Under the pieces are notes generated by a model. It ran no database searches and was not told where the DNA came from. It was given only the letters and a program-made list of their open reading frames with translations. The translations under genes were made by a program, and so were the position numbers. Of a stretch of DNA of 64,000 nucleotides, positions 20,250 through 29,865 are shown piece after piece. This DNA is from a virus (lineage: Duplodnaviria; Heunggongvirae; Uroviricota; Caudoviricetes; Herelleviridae): the IMG/VR virus record IMGVR_UViG_2595698876_000001, positions 67,428 through 131,427 of that record; one strand, written 5' to 3'. Every line of letters begins with the position of its first letter. The stretch's first letter is position 1.

Positions 20250-20526
20250 GATTACCGATTACATAGAACAGATTGTTACAGCTAAACTAAATCGAGATGG
20301 TGAAATGATTCTACGTCTTCAACAGGACTACACGAATGAAGTGGTAGACCTAAAGGACGTAGGAGATGCTATCATTAATGCTATGGATGATTTAATTTTA
20401 CATATAGATACATCACAAGCAATCACGGAAGCTAGATTACGAGCTATTGTAAACTGCTTACCGGATGAAATACAAGAGAATATTTATTACGACTTCGATG
20501 CACATGAAGACGAATTATTTAAATAA
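20239..20526 (+). CDS. hypothetical protein (95 aa)
   Basis: ORF overlapping its upstream neighbour, consistent with an operon. Confidence 0.5.
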   Translation: MQSKITDYIEQIVTAKLNRDGEMILRLQQDYTNEVVDLKDVGDAIINAMDDLILHIDTSQAITEARLRAIVNCLPDEIQENIYYDFDAHEDELFK

Positions 20527-20543
20527 AAGGAGACTAAAAACAT

Positions 20544-20975
20544 ATGGCAACGAAAACAAAGAAAGAATTAGAATCAGAAATTTTACTAGTAGCAGAGGCG
20601 GTAGACGCGTTACGAAAAGAAACACAGACACCGCTACGCATTGAAACTATGAAAGTATTAATGGACTACTTATTAAGTGGACAAGTTACTAGCGAAGAAC
20701 ATGCAGAGCAGATTAAAGATATCACTTCTCTTAGCGCTACAATCTCTGATACTATTCTTATCTCTCGATTATCTTTAACACAAATCATGGATGAGCTTAA
20801 CGAGAAGTTAACGCGCGTTATGCAAGAAGTATCTATTCAAGGCGAAGTACTAGAAAAACTTGGTGCTACAGAAGAGATGTTCCAAGAAGCTGCGGAGGCT
20901 TACAATAAGAAAGTAGAAGAAGTATTAGCGGCGCATACAAGTAAAAAGGAGGAAGTTGATGAAGCTACACTGTAG
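20544..20975 (+). CDS. hypothetical alpha-helical protein (143 aa)
   Basis: RBS AAAGGAGAC. No motif recognised. Confidence 0.5.
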   Translation: MATKTKKELESEILLVAEAVDALRKETQTPLRIETMKVLMDYLLSGQVTSEEHAEQIKDITSLSATISDTILISRLSLTQIMDELNEKLTRVMQEVSIQGEVLEKLGATEEMFQEAAEAYNKKVEEVLAAHTSKKEEVDEATL

Positions 20976-21162
20976 GTGTTTCCCGGAGGATTATGGTCAC
21001 ATCTGTAAAAACACAGACGGTTCGTTATACATAGAAGTTACGAACGACATCAGTGGAGATATCGAAACAGCCAGTCTAAACATCGACCCGCAAACATTAT
21101 ACAAATGGTTAACAACAGAGTACGATATTAAAACGTTACAAGGAGAAGCAGAGGAGAAATAA
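20956..21162 (+). CDS. hypothetical protein (68 aa)
   Basis: ORF with RBS AAGGAGGAAG. Confidence 0.45.
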   Translation: MMKLHCRCFPEDYGHICKNTDGSLYIEVTNDISGDIETASLNIDPQTLYKWLTTEYDIKTLQGEAEEK

Positions 21163-21193
21163 TTCTCTGCTCTTTCTTCATAAGGAGGGTAAT

Positions 21194-21439
21194 ATGAATA
21201 AGTTACTTTTAGAAGTAGAATTTCTAGAAGATATTTATAAGTATGATGAAGTGAATATCATTGTAGGAAAGCGATACCCTGTAGAAATTGTTAACGAATA
21301 TGAGTTCGAATTTGATAGTGAAAAAGTAGCATGGGATGACGGGTTGTACTCTGTTCCATTAACAGTACCGTATGACTATGACCCAGAAGTATGTAGAATT
21401 ATTTGTAAAGGAGTGAAGCGTATTGGGAAAAATGAGTAA
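21194..21439 (+). CDS. hypothetical protein (81 aa)
   Basis: ORF with RBS AAGGAGGGTAAT. Confidence 0.5.
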   Translation: MNKLLLEVEFLEDIYKYDEVNIIVGKRYPVEIVNEYEFEFDSEKVAWDDGLYSVPLTVPYDYDPEVCRIICKGVKRIGKNE

Positions 21440-21974
21440 GACAAAAGGAGCAGGATACGAAAATAAGATTGCTAAAGAGCTTTCTGATATGTGGGGAGGT
21501 AAATTCTCACGCGTACCTGCTTCTGGTGGATTACACTGGGGTAGCGACCAACGTGTAGCTGGAGATATCATTCCACCGCTAGGTATGAAGTTCCCGTTTG
21601 TAGTAGAGTGTAAGAAACGGGAAGGGTTCGATTTATCACACCTGTTCAAAAATATCGGTCAAATTAAAGAGTGGTGGCAACAGGTGGTCATGGATTCTCG
21701 TAGATTAAAAGTACATGGCGTATCGCCTCTATTAATCTTTTCGAAGAACCGTGAAATTAGTTACATCTTACTTCCATATAGTGATGAAGTATACGATAAG
21801 TTAAACAAGCACTTCCCAGTATCAAGACAAACAGTTAGTTTCTTGGATATCCGTGAAGAGGAAAACTACTTCGATACATTGCTAACTACGATGGATGGTT
21901 TCAAGTCATTAGACTTAACTTTCTTATGGGAAACTTATCATGAGTTCCCGTGGGATATTCAAAATCCACAATAA
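21423..21974 (+). CDS. Hjc-like Holliday junction resolvase (PD-(D/E)XK nuclease)
   Basis: Resembles archaeal Hjc: KGAGYENKIAKEL...RVPASGG...AGDII...FVVECKKRE, i.e. the KG..E...SG..D..ECK architecture. Confidence 0.55.
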   Translation: MGKMSKTKGAGYENKIAKELSDMWGGKFSRVPASGGLHWGSDQRVAGDIIPPLGMKFPFVVECKKREGFDLSHLFKNIGQIKEWWQQVVMDSRRLKVHGVSPLLIFSKNREISYILLPYSDEVYDKLNKHFPVSRQTVSFLDIREEENYFDTLLTTMDGFKSLDLTFLWETYHEFPWDIQNPQ

Positions 21975-22051
21975 ACATTAAAATACATAAAGTTTTGATA
22001 TATTATAACTTGTATACATTTAACACATGAGGGAAGAGGGGATTTAAAGGC

Positions 22052-24373
22052 ATGACATTAATTACAAAAGATAGAGGCACCTACACACAAGAAATTAGAT
22101 TCGTTAGAGAACGATTTAACTACTTTGTAGACAGCATCTTAGAAGAAACAAATAATAAAGAAGCAATTGAAGCATCCGATATTGAAGAGATTAAGGATGC
22201 AGTAATCAGTATGGTAGAAGCGAAGAAAGAAGTAGAAGCGGACAAGCTGTTTACATTCTTAATTCGAGAAACACAATCTCGTATTAAATTATCGAACCTA
22301 CCATTAGCTAATTTCGCATCTGCGGTATACTTACGACAGCTATACAAACAAGCTAGTAAACTACGTGGATTCGATTACAAAGAAGGATACGGAGACTACG
22401 CTTCACACGTAACAGCAATGGTAGAGCGTGGAAAGTATTCAGAAGTATTACTAGATATTTATACACGAGAAGAGCTACAAGAAGCTGGTAAGCTAATCAA
22501 TAAAGATAGTGACCGCAAGTTTAGTTATAGCGGACTTCAAACTTTAACAAAAACATACTTAGCTAAGAATGATAAAGGACTAGTAATGGAGCTTCCCCAA
22601 GAGCGATTCCTTACAGTAGCTTTATACTTAATGAGTATTGAGAAGAAGAAAGACCGTATGAAGTACGTTAAGAAAGCATACTGGGCTTTACTAAATCATT
22701 ACATCGGATTAGCAACACCAACACTTAAAAATGCAGGTGCGCCACATGGTTCGTTATCTTCTTGTCATATCTTAACAATGGATGACACGATTGACAGTAT
22801 CTTCGATGTAGCGAAACAAGTAGCTATCTTCTCGAAAAATGGTTCTGGTATTGGAGTATTCGCTGGATTCTTACGCGCCCGTGGTTCTCGTATCCGTGGA
22901 GTTAAAGTACAGAACAATGGTGTTATTCACCCGGCACGATTACTATCTGTATTAGCAGAGTATGTAGACCAAACAGGAACACGTAAAGCTGGAGTATCCA
23001 TCTACTTACCTGTATGGCATGCAGATATTAAAGACTTCTTAGAACTAAGATTAAAAACTGGTTCACAAGAGAAGCGCGCTCATTCTGTTACAACAGCAGT
23101 AACTATTCCGGATGAGTTTATGAGACGATTACATAACAAGGAACTATTCACTATCTTCGACCCGACAGAAGTTAAGAAGAAGTTAGGCGTGGACTTAAAC
23201 ATGCAATATGATAAGAAACGTTTACAAGATGGTGAAGAGCCTAATGAGAAAGACCACGCATTTACATACTGGTACCGTAAAGCAGAAGAACTAGACTTAG
23301 AGATTAAAGAAGTAGTAAAAGCTACTGACATCTACAAATCTATCTTCGTTAGCCGTAAAACAGGCGGTACACCTTACATGTACTGGAGCGATACATCAGC
23401 ACGTCAGAACCCTAATGGACACGTTGGTATGCCATTCGCATCAAATCTTTGCACAGAGATTATTCAGAACATGGAATATGACGAGATTGTTGAAAACGGT
23501 TTAGATGAGAACGGATACATCGTACTAAAACTTAAAGGTGATGGGTTAGTAACTTGTAACTTAAGTTCTTTAGTCGGTCATAACACACACGACCTAGACG
23601 AAGAGACGTACCAAGAAGTAGTAGACATCCAGTTCCGTATGCTAGATAACGTAATATCGATGGGACGTTTATCGGTTCATCAGGCGAAACAAACCAACGA
23701 CTTATACCGAGCTGTAGGTGCCGGATACTTAGGTATGGCAACCTTAATGACAGATAAAGGTATTCCGTGGGAATCAGAAAAAGCAACTGAGTTTGTAGGA
23801 GAAGAATTTAAACGCTACTTGAAAGCGCAAATTAAGGCTTCACATAAGTTAGCTGTAGAGAAAGGCTCTTATCCACTGTATGAGGGGTCTGACTGGGCGA
23901 CAGGAGCGTTCTTCGATAAAAGAGGTCTAGTTGGGTCTGAATGGGAAGAAATACGTTCTATGGCTTCGGTAGGCATGCGAAATGGTTACACGGCTGCGGT
24001 AGCTCCTACAGCATCGAACAGTATCATCATGAATGGTTCTCCATCTATGGATGCACCTTACGATGTGGCGTACACAGAGAATAAATCTGGTATGAACGTT
24101 CTAATTGTTCCACCAAACTACAATAACAGAACAAAATGGTTCTATAAATCTGGTTTCGAGATGGATGAAATGTGGTCTATCAATCATGTAGCAGAAGCGC
24201 AGAAATATATTGACCAAGCTGTTTCACATAACATGCACGTATCATCGAACATCAAAGGTTCAGAACTATTACGTTTAGATATGGCTGCATGGGATAAGGG
24301 TTTAAAAACAATCTACTATACTCATACAGAGGATAGAGAGAAACCAGAAGATTGCATTATGTGTGCAGGTTAA
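22052..24373 (+). CDS. nrdE: ribonucleotide reductase large (alpha) subunit, class Ib NrdE-like
   Basis: Class I RNR signatures: active-site SNLCTEI, C-terminal redox Cys pair CIMCAG. Length 773 aa. An nrdF/nrdI context follows. Confidence 0.85.
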   Translation: MTLITKDRGTYTQEIRFVRERFNYFVDSILEETNNKEAIEASDIEEIKDAVISMVEAKKEVEADKLFTFLIRETQSRIKLSNLPLANFASAVYLRQLYKQASKLRGFDYKEGYGDYASHVTAMVERGKYSEVLLDIYTREELQEAGKLINKDSDRKFSYSGLQTLTKTYLAKNDKGLVMELPQERFLTVALYLMSIEKKKDRMKYVKKAYWALLNHYIGLATPTLKNAGAPHGSLSSCHILTMDDTIDSIFDVAKQVAIFSKNGSGIGVFAGFLRARGSRIRGVKVQNNGVIHPARLLSVLAEYVDQTGTRKAGVSIYLPVWHADIKDFLELRLKTGSQEKRAHSVTTAVTIPDEFMRRLHNKELFTIFDPTEVKKKLGVDLNMQYDKKRLQDGEEPNEKDHAFTYWYRKAEELDLEIKEVVKATDIYKSIFVSRKTGGTPYMYWSDTSARQNPNGHVGMPFASNLCTEIIQNMEYDEIVENGLDENGYIVLKLKGDGLVTCNLSSLVGHNTHDLDEETYQEVVDIQFRMLDNVISMGRLSVHQAKQTNDLYRAVGAGYLGMATLMTDKGIPWESEKATEFVGEEFKRYLKAQIKASHKLAVEKGSYPLYEGSDWATGAFFDKRGLVGSEWEEIRSMASVGMRNGYTAAVAPTASNSIIMNGSPSMDAPYDVAYTENKSGMNVLIVPPNYNNRTKWFYKSGFEMDEMWSINHVAEAQKYIDQAVSHNMHVSSNIKGSELLRLDMAAWDKGLKTIYYTHTEDREKPEDCIMCAG

Positions 24374-24491
24374 TATGAAACACTTACTAGTCTCTACGTA
24401 CTTCTGGGTAGATGAGTTACACCATAGATTTCATAAGTGGATGAGAGAAAAAGTGTTTAAAGGTTGGTATTGAAAATCTAGTAAAATTTAA

Positions 24492-24520
24492 TTGACAAAA
24501 AATACAGAATAGTGTATAGT
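24492..24520 (+). promoter_or_regulatory. sigma-A-type promoter: TTGACA-17-TATAGT, inside the nrdE-nrdF spacer
   Basis: ttgacaaaaaatacagaatagtgtatagt. Confidence 0.5.
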
Positions 24521-24588
24521 ATTACTTGTAAGAGTGAGTCCTTTATAGTAATATCTTACACTATTTTTATTTATAAGGAGGAAAATGG

Positions 24589-24834
24589 TTGGAAGAGAAA
24601 GTAAAGCTGACGGGTAAGTTTGTTGTAGTAGAAGTCTTAAAGAAAACTAGTGCCAAAGGATTTAAAAATGTAAAGGTAGATGACGTACTTTATTTCGAAT
24701 GGGATTTAGATGGACACTACAAAGGAGCGCCATACGTAGATTGCTATGTTGTTGGAGAATTTGTAGATAGAAAAAGTGGAATGATAGTTAAAACTCTACT
24801 TCATGAGAATTTCTTAGTAGAGGAGACAAGCTAA
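24589..24834 (+). CDS. hypothetical protein (81 aa)
   Basis: ORF with RBS AAGGAGGAAAATGG, lying between nrdE and nrdF and downstream of its own promoter. Confidence 0.5.
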   Translation: MEEKVKLTGKFVVVEVLKKTSAKGFKNVKVDDVLYFEWDLDGHYKGAPYVDCYVVGEFVDRKSGMIVKTLLHENFLVEETS

Positions 24835-25052
24835 TGATACATAACAAAGATGATGTGAAAGCAGTTATAGAGGAATTAGAAGTTTCTGACCATATGGACA
24901 TCGTTGGTTTCGTTAACATCTGGTCTAATGGTGTTAAGATTCGTCGATATCAAGGACAGGACAAGCTTAAATACATAGAAACAAGTAAAGACAAAGGCTA
25001 CAAAAAGATGGTAGCTATTTTAGTAGAGGTAGAAGAAGAAGATTTATTTTAA
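24834..25052 (+). CDS. hypothetical protein (72 aa)
   Basis: ORF coupled to its neighbour (TAATGA). Confidence 0.5.
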   Translation: MIHNKDDVKAVIEELEVSDHMDIVGFVNIWSNGVKIRRYQGQDKLKYIETSKDKGYKKMVAILVEVEEEDLF

Positions 25053-25073
25053 AACAAACGGAGGAGGAAAAGA

Positions 25074-25601
25074 ATGAGATATTATTCATGGAATAATGAA
25101 GAAGTCGAGATGGAGGAATTAAAAGGTAAAACGTTTACTCGTATTGATAAAAACGGTTCTGACCAACTAGTATTCTACGATACAGATGGTGAAGTATACT
25201 TAATGTTCCATAATCAAGATTGCTGCGAGACAGTAGATATTGAGGATATCGAAGGAGATTTAGAGGACTTATTACATAGCCCGATTTTAATGGCGGAAGA
25301 AGTAACTAATCAGGGTAATACTCGATGGGGTTCACAAACTTGGACGTTCTACAAATTCTCTACAATCAAAGGTACAGTAGTATTACGCTGGTTAGGTGAA
25401 TCGAACGGGTACTATTCAGAGTCAGTAGACTTCCTTAAGTTATTAGGCGAAGACAAAAAAAGATTCGTAAAACCAGCAGAACCTAAAAAGCTAGAAAAAG
25501 ATTCTAAAGAAGTTTACTTTATGGTAGATGGAGTACCAATCGCTAAAGTACAATCAATCAGCGCAGAGGCTTCATACTCGAATTTAAAATCACTAAATTA
25601 A
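25074..25601 (+). CDS. hypothetical protein (175 aa)
   Basis: RBS GGAGGAGGAAAAGA. No motif recognised. Confidence 0.5.
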   Translation: MRYYSWNNEEVEMEELKGKTFTRIDKNGSDQLVFYDTDGEVYLMFHNQDCCETVDIEDIEGDLEDLLHSPILMAEEVTNQGNTRWGSQTWTFYKFSTIKGTVVLRWLGESNGYYSESVDFLKLLGEDKKRFVKPAEPKKLEKDSKEVYFMVDGVPIAKVQSISAEASYSNLKSLN

Positions 25602-25619
25602 AAAGGAGACAAGCTATAT

Positions 25620-26726
25620 ATGTTCAATAAAGTAACAACAGAAAAACCATTCCGCATCTATAATGCGATGCACCCTAATCGTGCTACTAAGTTATTCGGT
25701 GGCGTGGCTAGTGGGATTCGTAACTGGGATGACCAACTAGTAGATACATGGCTGGATTACCAGAAAGCTCTATTCGCTGAGTACTGGGTTCCAGAAGAGG
25801 TTCGAATGGGTAAAGACATCGAACAATACAAACAAGAATTAACAGCAGCAGAACGAGTAGCGTATGAGCGCGTATCAGGCGCATTGAACTGGTTAGATTC
25901 AATGGCTAGTGATATCGTAACAATGCTCTTCTTAACTACATCAGACCCGGCTCTACGAACGGTATTAACATTGATTGCATCATTCGAAACTATGCATAAC
26001 GTATCATACGAACATATGACATCGACTGTAATCGGTTTTGAAGAGAAGCAGAAAGAGTTTGCGAAAGTACGCGAGTTACCATTACTAGCGAAACGTAATG
26101 ACTTCATCTTAAAAGAGTTAGAAGAAATGGTAGACATGCTACGAGGTAAACTAGCGCAAGGAGGTACAATCACATTTACAGAAGAGGAAATCACGGTTCT
26201 ATTTAAAGGCTTAGTAGCTTACCAGATTCTAGAAGGTGAATTTTTCTCTGGTGGGTTCGTATACTTTCACTCATTAGCTCGTGACAATAAGATGATTGAG
26301 TCCAATAACCTAATCAACTTAATCAAAGCAGATGAGAACCAACACTCTGAAATCTTCGGATTAATCATTAAAGTGTTAGTGACAGAGAATCCTCATTTAA
26401 ACAACCCGGAGTTAATGGATTGGGCAATGAACTATATCCGTAAAGCCGTAGAACTAGAGAAAGAATGGACAGCTTGGTTGTATCAGGATATCGACACATT
26501 ATCCGTTGCAGAGTACCATGATTACGCTGAGTATCTAGCTAACTTAATTTGCCGTAATGCTGGATTACAAGAACCATTCCCTAGCAATTCGGAGCTTAAG
26601 TCTAAATGGATTGTTACATACGGTAGTAAGTCTAAAGGTGCAGGAGAAATCGCTCCTAAATCAGACTTCTTACAAGGAAATGCAATTAACTACAAACACG
26701 AGGATGGGGACGACTTTGACCTCTAA
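25620..26726 (+). CDS. nrdF: ribonucleotide reductase small (beta) subunit NrdF-like
   Basis: Ferritin-like di-iron fold with EEVRMGKD and paired E..H ligand motifs (FETMHNV, ADENQHSEIF). Follows nrdE. Confidence 0.8.
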   Translation: MFNKVTTEKPFRIYNAMHPNRATKLFGGVASGIRNWDDQLVDTWLDYQKALFAEYWVPEEVRMGKDIEQYKQELTAAERVAYERVSGALNWLDSMASDIVTMLFLTTSDPALRTVLTLIASFETMHNVSYEHMTSTVIGFEEKQKEFAKVRELPLLAKRNDFILKELEEMVDMLRGKLAQGGTITFTEEEITVLFKGLVAYQILEGEFFSGGFVYFHSLARDNKMIESNNLINLIKADENQHSEIFGLIIKVLVTENPHLNNPELMDWAMNYIRKAVELEKEWTAWLYQDIDTLSVAEYHDYAEYLANLICRNAGLQEPFPSNSELKSKWIVTYGSKSKGAGEIAPKSDFLQGNAINYKHEDGDDFDL

Positions 26727-26739
26727 AAAGAAAGCTACT

Positions 26740-27177
26740 ATGTTTGTATATTCTAAGAAGGGGAATACCACTGGTATTCTCGAACTCTTAGATGAGAGTT
26801 ATTTTGAGTACATATTTGAAGTTAATAATAAAACGGTTCCAGCAGAAGTAGAACGAGCATTTTCCGACAGCGACGTACTTTTCATCGGGGTTCCTACTTA
26901 TTTCCCTACCTACCAGAAAGAGCCTAACTACCCTGCTTACTTGCATGTTTTTGAGTATGTAATCAAGTACTTAGAAGGTAAAACGATTGTAGTATTCGGT
27001 AGTGGAAGAAGTGAGTATGCGTTGTTCTGTGGAGCTGTAGATTACTTAGGTGATTATCTTAGTGTAAAGAATAAAGTATATAAATTTAAGTTCGAGGGTT
27101 ACCCAAAAGTTTCTGAACAAAAATACTTTAAATGGATGGTGAACGAACTTTTATATGGAAGACAAATTATTGAATGA
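26740..27177 (+). CDS. nrdI: NrdI-like flavodoxin (ORF track start 26557 overlaps nrdF; ATG 26740 preferred)
   Basis: N-terminus MFVYSKKGNTTGILELL matches the flavodoxin/NrdI FMN-binding loop (S/T-x-x-GNT). Follows nrdF. Confidence 0.55.
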   Translation: MFVYSKKGNTTGILELLDESYFEYIFEVNNKTVPAEVERAFSDSDVLFIGVPTYFPTYQKEPNYPAYLHVFEYVIKYLEGKTIVVFGSGRSEYALFCGAVDYLGDYLSVKNKVYKFKFEGYPKVSEQKYFKWMVNELLYGRQIIE

Positions 27178-27427
27178 TAAGGTTATGGGTGAAGTAGCTA
27201 ACATATGTAAAGAACTTAATGACCGTCTTGAAATGTTACGTAGCATGACTCCAGAGGAAAGTGAAGACTACAACACCAAAAGATATGTAGAACAGTATCT
27301 CACTTTCTTCAAAGATGTATATGGAGAGAATCCAGAGTACACATACACACGAGATGGGAACCAGATAAATGTAACTGTTTATCCGTACATGCCTTTGAAT
27401 TATATTACTGTAGATATTAAACTTTAA
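27155..27427 (+). CDS. hypothetical protein (90 aa)
   Basis: ORF overlapping its neighbour. No motif recognised. Confidence 0.45.
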   Translation: MEDKLLNDKVMGEVANICKELNDRLEMLRSMTPEESEDYNTKRYVEQYLTFFKDVYGENPEYTYTRDGNQINVTVYPYMPLNYITVDIKL

Positions 27428-27432
27428 GGAGA

Positions 27433-27708
27433 ATGAAAATGAAGAAATTAGTTAAATTTGAACAACCGGGTTGCGCTCCTTGTGCAATGGTAAGTAATTA
27501 TTTAAAAGAAGAGTTAAACGTACCACATGAATCGATTGATGTTACAGTACATCCGGAGTTCGCAGCACATTATGAATTAGCTTCTGTACCAACTGTATTA
27601 CTATTAGAAGTAGGTAAACAGGAAGACGTAATCGGTGAAGAACTTGGTCGCTCTATTAAATTCAACCCAGAAGAGTTAGATGAATTAGTAGCGAAGTTAC
27701 GAGGTTAA
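27433..27708 (+). CDS. thioredoxin/glutaredoxin-like (NrdH-like) redox protein
   Basis: CxxC active site FEQPGCAPCAMV near the N-terminus of a 91-aa protein. Located in the nrd cluster. Confidence 0.6.
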   Translation: MKMKKLVKFEQPGCAPCAMVSNYLKEELNVPHESIDVTVHPEFAAHYELASVPTVLLLEVGKQEDVIGEELGRSIKFNPEELDELVAKLRG

Positions 27709-27709
27709 C

Positions 27710-28006
27710 ATGCACACATTAAGCAGTATAGCTGACGTAGCTATGAAAGAGTTTGACGTTAAGTACATAAGAGTGTTCGACAACATGGGGAAAATATCTT
27801 TCCACTTTAAAAAGAAAGATTACAAAAGAATAACGAAGGAAATGATAACGAAATTTGAATACAAATGTAGACCTGCTGGGGTTTACTTTACTTATGAGGG
27901 GGAAAGTAAATGGACTGTAATAACAAATACTGCGTTTGGAACATGTTTGACCAATGCTGTCCGGACAGTGAAGAGCGGTTTAATGAAGCTACTCCGAATG
28001 AATTAG
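27710..28006 (+). CDS. hypothetical protein (98 aa)
   Basis: ORF coupled to its neighbour (TAACATG). Confidence 0.45.
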   Translation: MHTLSSIADVAMKEFDVKYIRVFDNMGKISFHFKKKDYKRITKEMITKFEYKCRPAGVYFTYEGESKWTVITNTAFGTCLTNAVRTVKSGLMKLLRMN

Positions 28007-28398
28007 ATTGTCCATCATCAATACGAGAGGATTTACAAGCGGGGGTTTACCATCTATACTACCGTATTTTAGATTCTATTGACGATATGGCTTATGACGA
28101 CAGACTTAAAATTTTAATTTTTATGTTGAACCAACGAGACGAAGGTATAGATTTACATAAAGAGTTGAAAATAGTTTCTCCCGGTACTTTAATATATATG
28201 TATGCGGGGAGAAGAAAACTAAGCGAGTTATTGGAAATCAATAAATACATAGATAACATGTACCAACCAATTGAACGTCCGTGGACTGTAGAACTTCCTG
28301 ATGATAACGAAAACCTTAAAAGTGTACCCGGAGTACGACCTTCGTTAAGTGAAGTAACAAAGGAGGATATGCAGAAGTGGAAATCAAAACAAAAGTAG
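27910..28398 (+). CDS. hypothetical Cys-rich protein (start uncertain; overlaps upstream ORF by about 100 nt)
   Basis: ORF with N-terminal Cys cluster CNNKYCVWNMFDQCC. The true start may be further downstream. Confidence 0.4.
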   Translation: MDCNNKYCVWNMFDQCCPDSEERFNEATPNELDCPSSIREDLQAGVYHLYYRILDSIDDMAYDDRLKILIFMLNQRDEGIDLHKELKIVSPGTLIYMYAGRRKLSELLEINKYIDNMYQPIERPWTVELPDDNENLKSVPGVRPSLSEVTKEDMQKWKSKQK

Positions 28399-28595
28399 AA
28401 GGAGATTTGTTTATTTGTTACTGCGATGACGCTGGAGCCGAGTTTGATATTTACATCGACATCAACACAGCTAAAGTAGATTCTGTGGGTGTGGGTGATT
28501 TAACAGTAGCGAACCTTATTACTGCAACGAAGAAAGCGAAGAAGCTATTCGTAAACTATCTTATCGATACAAGAAGTGAGAGCTTCTTCGGATGA
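28377..28595 (+). CDS. hypothetical protein (72 aa)
   Basis: ORF with RBS AAGGAGGATATG. Confidence 0.45.
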   Translation: MEIKTKVEGDLFICYCDDAGAEFDIYIDINTAKVDSVGVGDLTVANLITATKKAKKLFVNYLIDTRSESFFG

Positions 28596-28726
28596 GTGAC
28601 TTCTGGTTCCTAGTCATTTACATGAGTCCTATCATTCTTGGGTGGGTAATATGGGTAGCAGCAGAGATATACTGGGCAATAACCGGAGAGTTCGACTATT
28701 AACAAAACCCCACTAAGTAGAGGAGC

Positions 28727-28757
28727 ATTTAGCCTCTACTTTTTTGTTTATGGTATA
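28727..28757 (+). terminator. rho-independent terminator
   Basis: GTAGAGG-agcatttag-CCTCTAC followed by TTTTTTG. Confidence 0.65.
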
Positions 28758-28759
28758 AT
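28741..28759 (+). promoter_or_regulatory. extended -10 promoter TGgTATAAT
   Basis: tttttgtttatggtataat. Weak -35. Confidence 0.4.
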
Positions 28760-28795
28760 TAAGATAGAGGAAATAAAATATAAGGAGTTAAACAA

Positions 28796-29554
28796 ATGTC
28801 TAGAAAAAGAATTTTGAATGTTTACAATACTGACCGCTCTAAGAATGTGAACTTGACAACAGCACAAAAAGAAGGAGATGCAATTAAGGTCACACGGTTA
28901 AACGAAGAAGAATTGGAAGCTGCTATGACAGAACTAGAAAATAAATCAGAATTATTCCCAGTACGTGACGACAATAAGTATCTAGTATTTAAACAGAAGT
29001 ACGGCAATGATACATTACAAGATAAGATTTTTAAACACGGTGGATTCGTACAATACTACAGCACAGGAAAAGCTCCTGTACCTGTTATCACTTCACTAGC
29101 GCAAGTACCACAATCGGAAATCATTTATGCTTGTCAAAAGGAGCATACATTAGAAGATGTAAAGAATGTGCAGCTATCGTCAATGGCTACTAGTGTTGTA
29201 ATCGATGTACCAATTGTATTACCGGATATCAATGTATATGATTACTTATTCTCTTTATACCCATTACGTTACCACGTAGATAAGGTTCGTGTGTCATTCC
29301 CGGCATTAGCGAAAGAGGAGATTCAAGACCGTCACAAGAAGTACTATAGACTTCGTAATGGTAAGTACTATATGAAGCCGGAATACAAGTACGAATGCTT
29401 CTGTCATTTACAAGACCCATTATCGACATGGAAGATGAATATCTGGTTAGTATGTGATGATGAGAGAGATAAAAAGAAAGTGGATGAATTAATAGAAAAG
29501 GATAATAAGAAGTTTAAGTACACGAACCACGTATCTCTCATGGAGGGTTGCTGA
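28796..29554 (+). CDS. hypothetical protein (252 aa)
   Basis: Strong RBS TAAGGAGTTAAAC, downstream of a sigma-A-type promoter. No motif recognised. Confidence 0.55.
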   Translation: MSRKRILNVYNTDRSKNVNLTTAQKEGDAIKVTRLNEEELEAAMTELENKSELFPVRDDNKYLVFKQKYGNDTLQDKIFKHGGFVQYYSTGKAPVPVITSLAQVPQSEIIYACQKEHTLEDVKNVQLSSMATSVVIDVPIVLPDINVYDYLFSLYPLRYHVDKVRVSFPALAKEEIQDRHKKYYRLRNGKYYMKPEYKYECFCHLQDPLSTWKMNIWLVCDDERDKKKVDELIEKDNKKFKYTNHVSLMEGC

Positions 29555-29865
29555 TGAGTAAATTAGTCAACCGTGAAGAGATTGCTAGACGTGTAGCGAT
29601 TACAGGCGGTTACACGAAAGGTGAGATGGAGGAGGTTATCAAAACAATAGAGGATGTTATCGAAGAAGCAATAGAGAACGGAGAGACTGTGAAGTTTGGG
29701 AAGCTTTACAAGCTCTTCCTGCACGATTTACCCTATAAGAAGTGTTGGGATAACCTTAACCAAAGATACGTCATCAGGGAGCCTAAGAAAGTCCCTAAAT
29801 TTGAACTACTATCACGATTAAAGAAGATAGAGATTCCTATTAAAAAGGAGAATGCGGATGAGTAG
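29548..29865 (+). CDS. HU/IHF-family histone-like DNA-binding protein (SPO1 TF1-like)
   Basis: HU-like architecture: N-terminal helices VNREEIARRVAITGGYTKGEMEEVIKTIEDVIEEAIENGETVKFGKLYK, then a basic beta-arm region. Confidence 0.6.
   Translation: MLMSKLVNREEIARRVAITGGYTKGEMEEVIKTIEDVIEEAIENGETVKFGKLYKLFLHDLPYKKCWDNLNQRYVIREPKKVPKFELLSRLKKIEIPIKKENADE

Noticed and set aside
24375-24473. 32-codon ORF immediately after the nrdE stop (MKHLLVSTYFWVDELHHRFHKWMREKVFKGWY)
   Set aside because: No convincing RBS (only AGGT), and it overlaps the promoter region. Too weak to call.
24500-24580. NrdR box upstream of the nrd genes
   Set aside because: Sequences ATAGTGTATAGTAT and ACACTATTTTTATT share only the ACACTAT half with the 16-bp NrdR palindrome and are not tandemly spaced as NrdR boxes are. 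Kept only as a generic inverted repeat.
26557-26739. ORF-track start of the 206-aa ORF overlapping the 3' end of nrdF by 170 nt
   Set aside because: The overlap is an artefact of choosing the first in-frame start. The flavodoxin/NrdI-like domain begins at the ATG at 26740, just after the nrdF stop.
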